Source of the DNA: Candidatus Omnitrophota bacterium
Lineage (GTDB): Bacteria; Omnitrophota; Gorgyraeia; Gygaellales; Profunditerraquicolaceae
Direction of reading: 5' to 3'
NCBI GenBank assembly: GCA_029571225.1
Contig: JAKPTF010000097.1
Span: forward strand, 64,417-128,416
Length of the DNA stretch: 64,000 nucleotides
Positions 1 through 8,543 of this stretch are shown here, piece by piece (the stretch's first letter is position 1; each line of letters opens with the position of its first letter). The position numbers and the translations under genes are program-made. The notes beneath the pieces were generated by a model. The model was given only the letters and a program-made list of their open reading frames with translations, ran no database searches and was not told the origin of the DNA.

Positions 1-1490
1 GCGCCACTATTATCCGGAGGAAAGACGGGCTGATAAATGCCGCAGCGATCGGAAAGAAAGAGAACGCAAACGCAAATGCGGCAAGCCCCGGCGTTCCTTC
101 TGTTCAGGGACAGCAGTCGGCTTTGGCTTTGCCTGCCGTGTTAGTCTCGTCGTTTACGCTCCAGAACGGCGCGGTGACGTATATCGACCGCAGTTTCGAG
201 CCTCCGGTATCTCTCGATGTCACGGACATTTCCGTTTCAGTAAGCGGAATATCGTTGAGCGAACCATTCCCTTTTAAAATCGAAGCAGCCGTGCTGGCGC
301 CGAAGAAGAATATCAACATTGAAGGCAATGTGTGCTTTGATCCGGCGACAAACGAAATCACGATCCTGGGGCTGACCGCCTCTACCGGGCTCGCCGATTT
401 AATACTGTCAAAGCTTCCCGTCGCGTTTCCCATGATCAAGGATGCCCCCCTGCCTGAAAATGTCAAAGGACTCATCAATGTAAAGTTGGATAATTTGAAA
501 GCAGGCCCTAAGGGACTGGGCGCGTTGAACGCGGTCGTGACCCTGTCGGACGCCTCTCTCAAACTCAAGGAGATGGCGTCTCCGCTAGAGGCAGTTTCAG
601 CCGACGTCCGGCTGACGCAGGCAGATGCCGTCTTTAATAAGCTTTCTCTGTCCGTCAAAGGGGGGCGGATCGAATGTTCGGGAACGCTCAAGGATTATGC
701 CGGGGCACAGGGATACAACGTTTCAGCCGATATCAAGGATATGGCTATCCAGGACCTGATTGCGCAGGATAAAGCCCCGTTCAGGGCAGAAGGCCTCGTG
801 TCCGGTTTGATAAAGGCCGGCGGCACGGGTTTTTCCCCTGACGCTGTAAGATCGAACCTCTCTGCAACAGCCGATATCCTGCTTGCAAAAGCCAGGCTTT
901 CGGATCTCAATGTCCTGCGCGCGGTCCTCGACCGGATCACCGTTATTCCAGGCCTGTCAGCCGCGCTGGAAGCTGGCCTTCCCCGGGAACTGAAGAAAAA
1001 ACTTACGCAGAAAGATACTGAGTTTTCTGATATGAGGCTGCCTGTGGCAATCGAGAACGGCCGTCTGCGCATAAAGGATGCCTCCATCGGTACTGAAGAT
1101 TTCTTCTTCATCGGCCTGGCTGAAGCGGGTTTTGACGGATCGTATGTTCTTGAGGGAGCGTTTGTGATAACCCGGGGTTTTTCCGAGGCTATGGTTGCGG
1201 CAGTGCCGCAGCTGCAATACCTTTTCGATGAGAAAAAACAGATCTATATCCCTTTGAGGGTTTCGGGAGCGTCATCGCAGGTTAAATTCAACGTGGATCT
1301 TGATTATATCGGCAAGAGGCTCCTTGAAAATCAGGCAAAGCAGCAGGTCTTCAAGGCAATCGACAAGGCGCTGGGAGGATCTCCTGCGTCGAGCGGGTCT
1401 GACGCGGGCGCACAGGGCCAGGAGGCCGGCAGCGCAACAGCCGTAAAAGACGCAGTCGGTTCTATCATAGGTAATATATTTAAGAAATAG
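1..1490 (+). CDS. AsmA-family protein, C-terminal portion (5' end lies outside the window)
   Basis: Frame 3 has no stop from nt 3 to the TAG at 1488-1490, so the track's TTG at 123 is not the true start. The long beta-rich sequence with a Ser/Gly/Ala-rich tail resembles AsmA-like C-terminal regions. Confidence 0.6.
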   Translation, partial: ATIIRRKDGLINAAAIGKKENANANAASPGVPSVQGQQSALALPAVLVSSFTLQNGAVTYIDRSFEPPVSLDVTDISVSVSGISLSEPFPFKIEAAVLAPKKNINIEGNVCFDPATNEITILGLTASTGLADLILSKLPVAFPMIKDAPLPENVKGLINVKLDNLKAGPKGLGALNAVVTLSDASLKLKEMASPLEAVSADVRLTQADAVFNKLSLSVKGGRIECSGTLKDYAGAQGYNVSADIKDMAIQDLIAQDKAPFRAEGLVSGLIKAGGTGFSPDAVRSNLSATADILLAKARLSDLNVLRAVLDRITVIPGLSAALEAGLPRELKKKLTQKDTEFSDMRLPVAIENGRLRIKDASIGTEDFFFIGLAEAGFDGSYVLEGAFVITRGFSEAMVAAVPQLQYLFDEKKQIYIPLRVSGASSQVKFNVDLDYIGKRLLENQAKQQVFKAIDKALGGSPASSGSDAGAQGQEAGSATAVKDAVGSIIGNIFKK

Positions 1491-1511
1491 CCCTATTGAA
1501 AGGGAGGTAAG

Positions 1512-2213
1512 GTGTCGGAAGACCGGATATCCGTTGTTCAGCGCTGCTTAATCGGAGCGTTCGTCGTCTTATGCGTCGTCTTGTGCGACTCCGCGGGAGC
1601 GCAGGACCGGCCTAAAGAAAAGATAGTTTTTAGCATCTCCACGGGCGGGTACGCCGAGTATAACGATCTGGGCATCATTGACAGGAACGGCAAAAAGGTC
1701 AAGCTTGTCACATTCAGAACGCATATCGGCGGGCTCATGGATGGGTTTGAACGCATTTACGGGGAGCCCGATACGTTCCTTCCCGTGCGGATTGAAAGGA
1801 ATGTGGTTTTTGCCTTAAGGAAAGAATATCTGGTCGAGGATTATTCCCCGGCTACTTCGTCCGTTTCGATCAAGAAATACGTCCGTGATAAATTCCTCGC
1901 TGAATACCGTATCACCAGGGACAGGCCTATTCAGAACGCGATACTCCTGCGGTCTTACCTCAGGACGGTCAAGGATCTGCATGTCGGATGGAGCGTCGAT
2001 ATAGTGATCCCGGACCGCTATACGGTGACGCTTGAATCCTTTGAGGATATTGATGTTCCGGGCGGCAAATTCTCGACGTATCACTTCGTCAGCTCGCCGC
2101 GCCAATTCGAGCTCTGGGTCACCCGCGACGCCTACCGTATTCCGGTGAGGCTCGCGGTAAAGAAGGGATACCGGACAACCGTGGAAATGAAGGCGTACAG
2201 CATCAGCCAGTAG
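1512..2213 (+). CDS. secreted hypothetical protein (DUF3108-like)
   Basis: GTG start just downstream of GGGAGG. N-terminal hydrophobic signal (LIGAFVVLCVVLC). The C-terminal YHF..ELWVT..IPVR pattern is reminiscent of DUF3108. Confidence 0.5.
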   Translation: MSEDRISVVQRCLIGAFVVLCVVLCDSAGAQDRPKEKIVFSISTGGYAEYNDLGIIDRNGKKVKLVTFRTHIGGLMDGFERIYGEPDTFLPVRIERNVVFALRKEYLVEDYSPATSSVSIKKYVRDKFLAEYRITRDRPIQNAILLRSYLRTVKDLHVGWSVDIVIPDRYTVTLESFEDIDVPGGKFSTYHFVSSPRQFELWVTRDAYRIPVRLAVKKGYRTTVEMKAYSISQ

Positions 2214-2215
2214 TG

Positions 2216-2244
2216 TTGACAGGAGACTTGTGGCCGTATAAAAT
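2216..2244 (+). promoter_or_regulatory. sigma70-like promoter (TTGACA-17 nt-TAAAAT)
   Basis: TTGACA at 2216-2221, a 17-nt spacer, then TAAAAT at 2239-2244, upstream of the MarC-like remnant. Confidence 0.4.
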
Positions 2245-2304
2245 ATGGCTTGCCTATTTTGAAGGCGGCACTAAAATATACATGGGTCTTCTTGTTATGT
2301 CGTC

Positions 2305-2635
2305 GTGCTGGAGGTTCTGATGGATTGGAACGCGTTACTGCGATCGAAGCTCATATTGTTCGCGATCGTCAATCCTGTTGGCGGCATTCCGATTTTTCTG
2401 CAGCTCACCGGGAAGCTGGATAAAGGAGCGTTTGCCGACGCGTTTCAAACCGCGGTATTGAATTCCCTTGCGATCCTGTTTGTATTTATTCTTGCCGGCA
2501 GGAGCATATTAACTTATTTTTTTCAGGATAGACGTTTCTGATCTTATGGCCGCAGGCGGGCTTTTGGTGGTTGCCATAGACCAGCTGGTATTCGGCGCTT
2601 TTGCAAAAAGGGTCTGTTGCATTACATTACAATGA
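2305..2635 (+). pseudogene. MarC-family (UPF0056) membrane protein remnant, frameshifted and truncated
   Basis: Frame 1 (2305-2541) encodes LILFAIVNPVGGIPIFLQLTG, typical of the MarC N-terminus. Frame 2 (open from 2513 to the TGA at 2633-2635) encodes DLMAAGGLLVVAIDQLVFG, matching the conserved MarC RIAGG..L..IA..ML.G segment. The frame switch falls in a T7 run at 2517-2523. The total is about 110 codons against about 200 for the family. Confidence 0.6.
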
Positions 2636-2669
2636 ATCCTTGATACATGATCGGTAGAAAGGATACAAG

Positions 2670-4148
2670 ATGATCCGTTTGTTGCTGACAATTATGATAG
2701 TCATGATCTCCATGATTGCCTCTGTGGCCGAGGACCAGCTGCCGATAACCCTAAACATCGAGGGGGTTTTTATCGATAAAAAGAACCCGGTCGCCATCAT
2801 CGACGGCCATATTTATGAAAAAGGGGATACGGTCGAGGGCGCTAAGATTGTGGAGATCAACAATACCCACGTAAAGGTGGATTTTGACGGCGTGGTCTAT
2901 GCTGTCCCCGTGGGCGTGACCGAAGCATCGTCTTTCGGCCCTCCTGAGCCACCGGGCATAAAGGATAAGTTCGTCGATTGGCTGGCGTCTTTCGGCAGGA
3001 AGCCCGGAGAGCAGAAGAAATCCAAAGCCCCTGGCAAAACACCGGCTGCTGAGAGTCAGCGGGCAAAAACTGTTGAGGAACCGGCTAAGGCGTCTCCTGC
3101 GCCCGCAGCTATGGTTCCTGTTGAGCCGGTTATTAAGGAAGAACTGGTTGAGGCGACGCGCGAACAAGAAAAAGCCAAAGCCGAAGAGGCACATAAGGTC
3201 AAGATAGAGGAACGCAGAGCTGCCAAGGAGCAAGCACGGCAGGAAAAGATAAAACAGGAACAGGAGCGTCAGGCAAGGCTTGCGGAAGAAAAAGCCAAGG
3301 CACAACAGGCTGCGTTTGAGAAGGCCGAGCGCGAACGGCTCGAGCAGGAGCGCATCGCTAAAGAGAAGGCCGAGCGCGAACGGCTCGAGCAGGAGCGTAT
3401 CGCTAAAGAAAAGGCCGAGCGTGAGCGGCTCGAGAAAGAACGTATCGCTAAAGAAAAGGCCGAGCGCGAACGCCTCGAGCAGGAACGCATCGCTAAAGAG
3501 AAAGCGGCTAACGAACAAGCGCGCAAGTCAAGTATAGCCCCAGAACTAACGCAGGCGGAGCAAGAATCCAAAGAACAAACAGAACAGCGAGCGGCGCAGG
3601 AACAAACTGCTCGTGAGCAGGCAGAGCGTGATCGTATCGCACGTGAACAGGCTGCACAGGAACAAATGCGCCAGGCCAAGATTGCTGAAGAAAAAGCCAG
3701 GGCAGAGCAGGCAGCCAGGGAACAGGCAGAGCGGGATCAAATTGCCCGGCAGATCGCCGCAATACCGGCAGAAGACAGGGCTGTGATCGATCAGATCTTC
3801 GCAAGTTCAGGCAAACCGAACTCGGTCTTATTCACTGAAAAATTCAACGAGGCCAGGCGCTATTTCAAAGAAGCAGAGGCTGCCGAAAAGGTAAGCAACT
3901 CGGAGGCATTCGAATCATATTCCAATACCATCCAGTCAATTACCTGGGCGGTACGTTACGGCCCCCGAGAAACCGGTTATGAAAGTGCTGAGCGGCGTCA
4001 GATGCTGAATATGCTTCAGCAGGCATTGCGCAGAAGAAGGGAAATCGCAGAAGCGGTCCTCGGGAATGTCCCTGCCGCTTCGGGTGCCGGAGAAACAGGT
4101 TCAGGTGAAGGCAAAAAAGGTATTTTAAAAGGTTTATTCCGCAAATAA
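2670..4148 (+). CDS. membrane-anchored/secreted protein with a Glu/Lys/Arg/Ala-rich coiled-coil repeat region
   Basis: N-terminal hydrophobic helix (LLLTIMIVMISMIASVA). A small beta-rich domain (VAIIDGHIYEKGDTVEGAKIVEI) of the kind seen in GspB/PilP-like proteins. About 250 aa of highly charged low-complexity sequence. Confidence 0.6.
   Translation: MIRLLLTIMIVMISMIASVAEDQLPITLNIEGVFIDKKNPVAIIDGHIYEKGDTVEGAKIVEINNTHVKVDFDGVVYAVPVGVTEASSFGPPEPPGIKDKFVDWLASFGRKPGEQKKSKAPGKTPAAESQRAKTVEEPAKASPAPAAMVPVEPVIKEELVEATREQEKAKAEEAHKVKIEERRAAKEQARQEKIKQEQERQARLAEEKAKAQQAAFEKAERERLEQERIAKEKAERERLEQERIAKEKAERERLEKERIAKEKAERERLEQERIAKEKAANEQARKSSIAPELTQAEQESKEQTEQRAAQEQTAREQAERDRIAREQAAQEQMRQAKIAEEKARAEQAAREQAERDQIARQIAAIPAEDRAVIDQIFASSGKPNSVLFTEKFNEARRYFKEAEAAEKVSNSEAFESYSNTIQSITWAVRYGPRETGYESAERRQMLNMLQQALRRRREIAEAVLGNVPAASGAGETGSGEGKKGILKGLFRK
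3318..3497 (+). repeat. four tandem 45-bp (15-codon) repeats, EKAERERLEQERIAK
   Basis: Units at 3318-3362, 3363-3407, 3408-3452 and 3453-3497 are nearly identical and in frame within the 2670-4148 CDS. Confidence 0.9.
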
Positions 4149-4213
4149 TACCGGGCCCTTCTGATATGGGGAAATGATTTGTCCCTGCCGATCCGCTGTG
4201 ATACAATAAGTCC

Positions 4214-5380
4214 ATGGCCATCGCAGTTTTAATCCTCATCGCCGTCAATACGGCCTTGTTGCTTTATCTGCTCATGCAGAGGAACGAGGTTAAGAACCTT
4301 GAGCAGTCCCTGCGGCAGGAACTTTCGGCTAACCGCCAGGAATCGAATAACTCGCTTGCCTCATTCAGCAATTCCGTCGTATCCCGCATTAATGAGATAG
4401 CTACCCTTCAGTTCAATCAGTTAAACTCCCAGACACACACCATAGAATTGAAACTCAAGTCAATTCAGGACGATAATGCGCTGAAACTTGAACAGATGCG
4501 CGTTACTGTTGATGAGAAACTTCAGGGTACGCTTGAGAAGCGGCTTGGCGAATCGTTCCGGCTGGTCGGGATTCAGCTTGAACAGGTACAGAAGGGCCTG
4601 GGCGAGATGCAGGCGCTTGCGTCGGGCGTAGGCGACCTGAAAAAAGTCCTGACCAATGTCAAAACAAGGGGTATATGGGGCGAGATCCAGCTGGGAAATC
4701 TGCTCGAGCAGATCCTGACGCCGGATCAATATCTTACCAACGCCGTCACCAAAAAAGGGTCGAACGAACGTGTCGAGTTCGCCGTCATACTTCCCGGCAG
4801 GGACAGGGAACGCGTTCTTATGCCGATCGATGCGAAATTCCCCAAGGAAGATTACGAACGGCTCGTTGAGGCACAGGAGCAGGCGAACAGCGACCTTATC
4901 AGGCAGGCATCCAAGTCGCTGGAAGAGAACGTTAAACAGCAGGCCAGGTTCATAAGTGAAAAATACATCAATTCCCCCCATACGACCGATTTCGGGATCA
5001 TGTTCCTTCCGACCGAAGGGCTTTATGCCGAAGTCCTGCGCATTCCGGGCTTATTCGAATTCCTGCAGTCGAAATACCGGGTCATAGTCGCAGGGCCGAC
5101 CACTATAGCCGCTATCCTTAACAGCCTGCAGATGGGTTTCAGGACACTCGCCATAGAGAAACGCACAAGCGAGGTCTGGAAAATGCTTGCCGGGGTCAAG
5201 ACGGAATTTGCCAAATTCGGGGAGATTCTGGATCGCACTAAGAAGAAGATCGAAGAGGCAGGCAATATCATCGACGAGGCGTCTTCGAAATCCCGCAATA
5301 TAGAGCGAAAATTGAACAAGGTTCAGGACCTTCCTTCCGAACCTCTCGAAGCGTTAGAAGACAAAGAGTCCAGTGGCTAA
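4214..5380 (+). CDS. rmuC: DNA recombination protein RmuC
   Basis: N-terminal TM helix, a long coiled coil, and the conserved RmuC core (GIWGEIQLGNLLEQILTP..., IMFLPTEGLYAE, VIVAGPTTIAAILNSLQMGF). Confidence 0.85.
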   Translation: MAIAVLILIAVNTALLLYLLMQRNEVKNLEQSLRQELSANRQESNNSLASFSNSVVSRINEIATLQFNQLNSQTHTIELKLKSIQDDNALKLEQMRVTVDEKLQGTLEKRLGESFRLVGIQLEQVQKGLGEMQALASGVGDLKKVLTNVKTRGIWGEIQLGNLLEQILTPDQYLTNAVTKKGSNERVEFAVILPGRDRERVLMPIDAKFPKEDYERLVEAQEQANSDLIRQASKSLEENVKQQARFISEKYINSPHTTDFGIMFLPTEGLYAEVLRIPGLFEFLQSKYRVIVAGPTTIAAILNSLQMGFRTLAIEKRTSEVWKMLAGVKTEFAKFGEILDRTKKKIEEAGNIIDEASSKSRNIERKLNKVQDLPSEPLEALEDKESSG

Positions 5381-8300
5381 ACGAGACGCTCCAACACAGG
5401 ATCGGCCGCCCCGCACGCCGGAAGTGCAGGTCGTAGAGGCATCCGCAGGCTCTGGCAAGACATATGAACTTGCCAGCAGGTATTTGCGGCTCCTGTTCGA
5501 TCCATCCCTGCAGACCGCAGACATCCCCTTGAAAAACATCCTGGCCATAACATTCACCAATAAAGCATGCCTTGAAATGAAGGAGCGTATCCTCCAATTC
5601 CTCAAGCAGCTCGCGCTGGACCAGTTCGACGAGGAAAAGGACAAGACGGCCCTGTTATCGAAGCTCGAGGTCCCGGGGGATTACGCGTCGGAAAGGGCGT
5701 TCCTCGTTATGGACGGGATCATCAGACGGTATAATTATTTCCAGGTCCAGACGATTGACAGCTTTATCAACGCGATCCTTTCGGGCTGCGCGTTCAAACT
5801 CGATCTCTCCAGCGACTTCAGGATCAAAAACGACTATCGCGAATATCTGGCTTATAGTTTTGACGAGCTGATCGAGCGGGCTCACGGCAGTCCCGCTGTC
5901 AAGGAACAGTTCCATCATTTCCTTCAGAATTATCTCCATATAGAGAATCGCAGATCGTGGTTTCCAAAAGACGACATCATCGAGATTATGGAATTGTTGA
6001 TGGCCAGCCGCAACAGCTATGGCCTGGGATTCCGGAAATACGGCAAAGGCATTCATGAAATCCAGTCCTTGCGCCGCAGCATCCGCAAAATGATGCTGGA
6101 TATCAGCCGCGATTTTCCCGAAGGGGCCAACATGGCAGTTTGGGGCAAATTCAGAAAGGATTTCAATGACTCCGTCGATATATCGGCTATTGACGAATTC
6201 TTCAATCCGTTCTCAAAGGATTCATTTCCTGCCCGGCGGGGGGCTCGCATTCCGGTCCGAGTCAACGAGCTATGGGGGCGGATCAAGGATTCCATCGTCG
6301 AACTCTACGAATGGGAAGCCCACTCGCGGTATGACCCGTATATCGGCATATTTGAGGGCGTCGAAGAAAATTTCCGGCGCGTATGCCGCGAAGACGACGT
6401 TATGTTCTTGGCTGAACTTAACGCCAGGGCGCGCGATCTTTTTATTTTCGGGTCGATCAGCGTCCCTGAGCTTTATTACCGTCTGGCGACGCAATTCAGG
6501 CATTTTCTCATAGATGAGTTTCAGGATACCAGCATCCTGCAGTGGAAGAATATATATCCCATGGTTGAAGAGGCGCTTGCGACCGGAGGCTCACTGTTCT
6601 ACGTGGGCGACAAGAAGCAGGCCATATTCCGTTGGCGAGGAGGAGAGGTCACGCTCATGGAATACCTCAAAAAACAGCTTGCGGCCTTCAATGTGCGGTC
6701 CCGTCCCTTGAGCATGAATTTTCGGTCGCAAAAGGAAATCGTGGAATTCAATAACACGGTATTTTCTCCGGAGAATATCAGGGCCATGATGGGCAGGGCG
6801 CAGGAGCAAAGCGCAGGAGCGGCGCGCCTGCACGAAAGCGATATTGACGAGATCTGCTCGATATTCATGCATTCACGCCAGAGCCATAAGGAGAAATATG
6901 ACAGAGGATATGTCGAGGTCAGGCCGGTTGACATAACGGACAGCGAGGCGGCGCGGGAATATATCAAAACCGAAGTCTGTAATCGTATCCGGGAATTGAC
7001 ACAGCGGTTCAGGCCGCAGGACATAGCGCTTTTGTGCCGCAGCAACGACGATGTCGAACAGGTTACGTCCTGGTTGCTTGAGAGGAAACTGCCCGTCGAG
7101 TCGGAGAAGACTCTCAATATCAGGGAGAATCCCTTCATCAGGGAGATAATCGCGTTTTTGACCTTTCTCAACTCGCCGATAGACGATCTTGCGTTCGCGA
7201 CGTTCATCATGGGGGAGATATTCACCGGGGTAAGCGGAATATCGAACGAACAGGTCAGGGATTTCCTCTTCAGCTTCGGCAGCGGCACGCGGCATACCGA
7301 ACGGCCCTATCTGTACCGCACGTTCAAAAACGCGTTTCCCTCCGTTTGGGAAAACCGTATCGAGAACTTTTTCAAGACCGTGGGCTTTGTGCCGCTCTAC
7401 GAGCTCGTTATAACCTTCCTGATGGCCTTCCGGGTCCAGGACCGTTTTCCTCATGCGCAGGGTTTTATAATGAAGTTCCTGGAGGTTATCAAAGAACAGG
7501 AGGAGGATAACCAGAACATTGCCCGTTTCCTTGAATACTTCCGGAACGAGCTCCCTGAAAACCTTTTCGTGCACGTTTCATCGAGCGATTCTATACGGGT
7601 GCTGACTATCCATAAGTCAAAAGGGCTTGAGTTCCCGGTGGTGATCATTCCTTTTTTTGAGGTGAACGTCCGAATCGGAGCCGGAGTGAACAAGCGTTCT
7701 TCATTCGTTGTGGATGCCCGTGAAGAGCGTCTCAGCCTCGTTTCGCTGAAACAGGATTACGCGAAGTTCTCTATCCGTCTGGCCGAGAGGCTGCGAATGG
7801 AATATAAACGGTCGCTGATAGACGAATTGAACAATCTCTACGTCGCATCGACCCGCGCCCGTTTGGAACTTTATATCTATGTGCCTGCGCGGTCAGGCAG
7901 GGAATTCAACATTGCCTCTGTTCTGGTTCCTGAAGATAAACGCGTCTGTGGTTCCTCAGGCCCGTATCCTCCACGGCCGCAGAAGCATAAACCGGATACT
8001 CTTCAACTGGAGATTTCGCACTACCGTGACTGGATCAGCTTCCTGCAGGATGAATTCGAGGGACTGTCTTTTATATACGACTACAGCAGGGTCAAGCGCG
8101 GCACCGTTGTCCATTACGCACTTTCGTGCATCGGGAACTGCGCAGGGCTGGAAACGCAACGTGTTGTCGTTGACGCGATTGACAGAGCGCGGCTGCGCTT
8201 TCCTCATTTCAGAGAGTGGGCCGATGTCGGTAATATTCTGCATCGCCTTATCGGACTGCCGCAGGCCAGGGATTTCTTCATCGTGGCTGACGGAGATGTT

Positions 8301-8543
8301 TTTACGGAGCAGGAGATGGTGGACCGGGCCGGCACTACGCGCCGCGCGGACCGCCTTATCGTCAGGGAACACGAGGTGGCCATCGTGGACTATAAAAGCG
8401 GTCGCTTTCCTGACAATGCGCACGCTGATCAGATACGGGCGTATGCCGCTTGTATCCGTTCGATATATCCCGACCGCCTAATAAAGGGATTCCTGGTGTA
8501 TTTCGACGATATAAGCGTGGAAGAGGTCATATGCAGCGGGTGA
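5373..8543 (+). CDS. UvrD/AddA-type helicase-nuclease
   Basis: Walker A (ASAGSGKTY) near the N-terminus, helicase motif II (LIDEFQDTS), and a C-terminal PD-(D/E)XK-like segment (ADRLIV...VAIVDYKSG). The GTG start overlaps the rmuC stop by 8 nt. Confidence 0.8.
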   Translation: MAKRDAPTQDRPPRTPEVQVVEASAGSGKTYELASRYLRLLFDPSLQTADIPLKNILAITFTNKACLEMKERILQFLKQLALDQFDEEKDKTALLSKLEVPGDYASERAFLVMDGIIRRYNYFQVQTIDSFINAILSGCAFKLDLSSDFRIKNDYREYLAYSFDELIERAHGSPAVKEQFHHFLQNYLHIENRRSWFPKDDIIEIMELLMASRNSYGLGFRKYGKGIHEIQSLRRSIRKMMLDISRDFPEGANMAVWGKFRKDFNDSVDISAIDEFFNPFSKDSFPARRGARIPVRVNELWGRIKDSIVELYEWEAHSRYDPYIGIFEGVEENFRRVCREDDVMFLAELNARARDLFIFGSISVPELYYRLATQFRHFLIDEFQDTSILQWKNIYPMVEEALATGGSLFYVGDKKQAIFRWRGGEVTLMEYLKKQLAAFNVRSRPLSMNFRSQKEIVEFNNTVFSPENIRAMMGRAQEQSAGAARLHESDIDEICSIFMHSRQSHKEKYDRGYVEVRPVDITDSEAAREYIKTEVCNRIRELTQRFRPQDIALLCRSNDDVEQVTSWLLERKLPVESEKTLNIRENPFIREIIAFLTFLNSPIDDLAFATFIMGEIFTGVSGISNEQVRDFLFSFGSGTRHTERPYLYRTFKNAFPSVWENRIENFFKTVGFVPLYELVITFLMAFRVQDRFPHAQGFIMKFLEVIKEQEEDNQNIARFLEYFRNELPENLFVHVSSSDSIRVLTIHKSKGLEFPVVIIPFFEVNVRIGAGVNKRSSFVVDAREERLSLVSLKQDYAKFSIRLAERLRMEYKRSLIDELNNLYVASTRARLELYIYVPARSGREFNIASVLVPEDKRVCGSSGPYPPRPQKHKPDTLQLEISHYRDWISFLQDEFEGLSFIYDYSRVKRGTVVHYALSCIGNCAGLETQRVVVDAIDRARLRFPHFREWADVGNILHRLIGLPQARDFFIVADGDVFTEQEMVDRAGTTRRADRLIVREHEVAIVDYKSGRFPDNAHADQIRAYAACIRSIYPDRLIKGFLVYFDDISVEEVICSG

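Noticed and set aside
3318-3497. CRISPR-like periodicity.
   Set aside because: The units are contiguous with no spacers, in frame, and inside a well-supported CDS. No cas genes are present.
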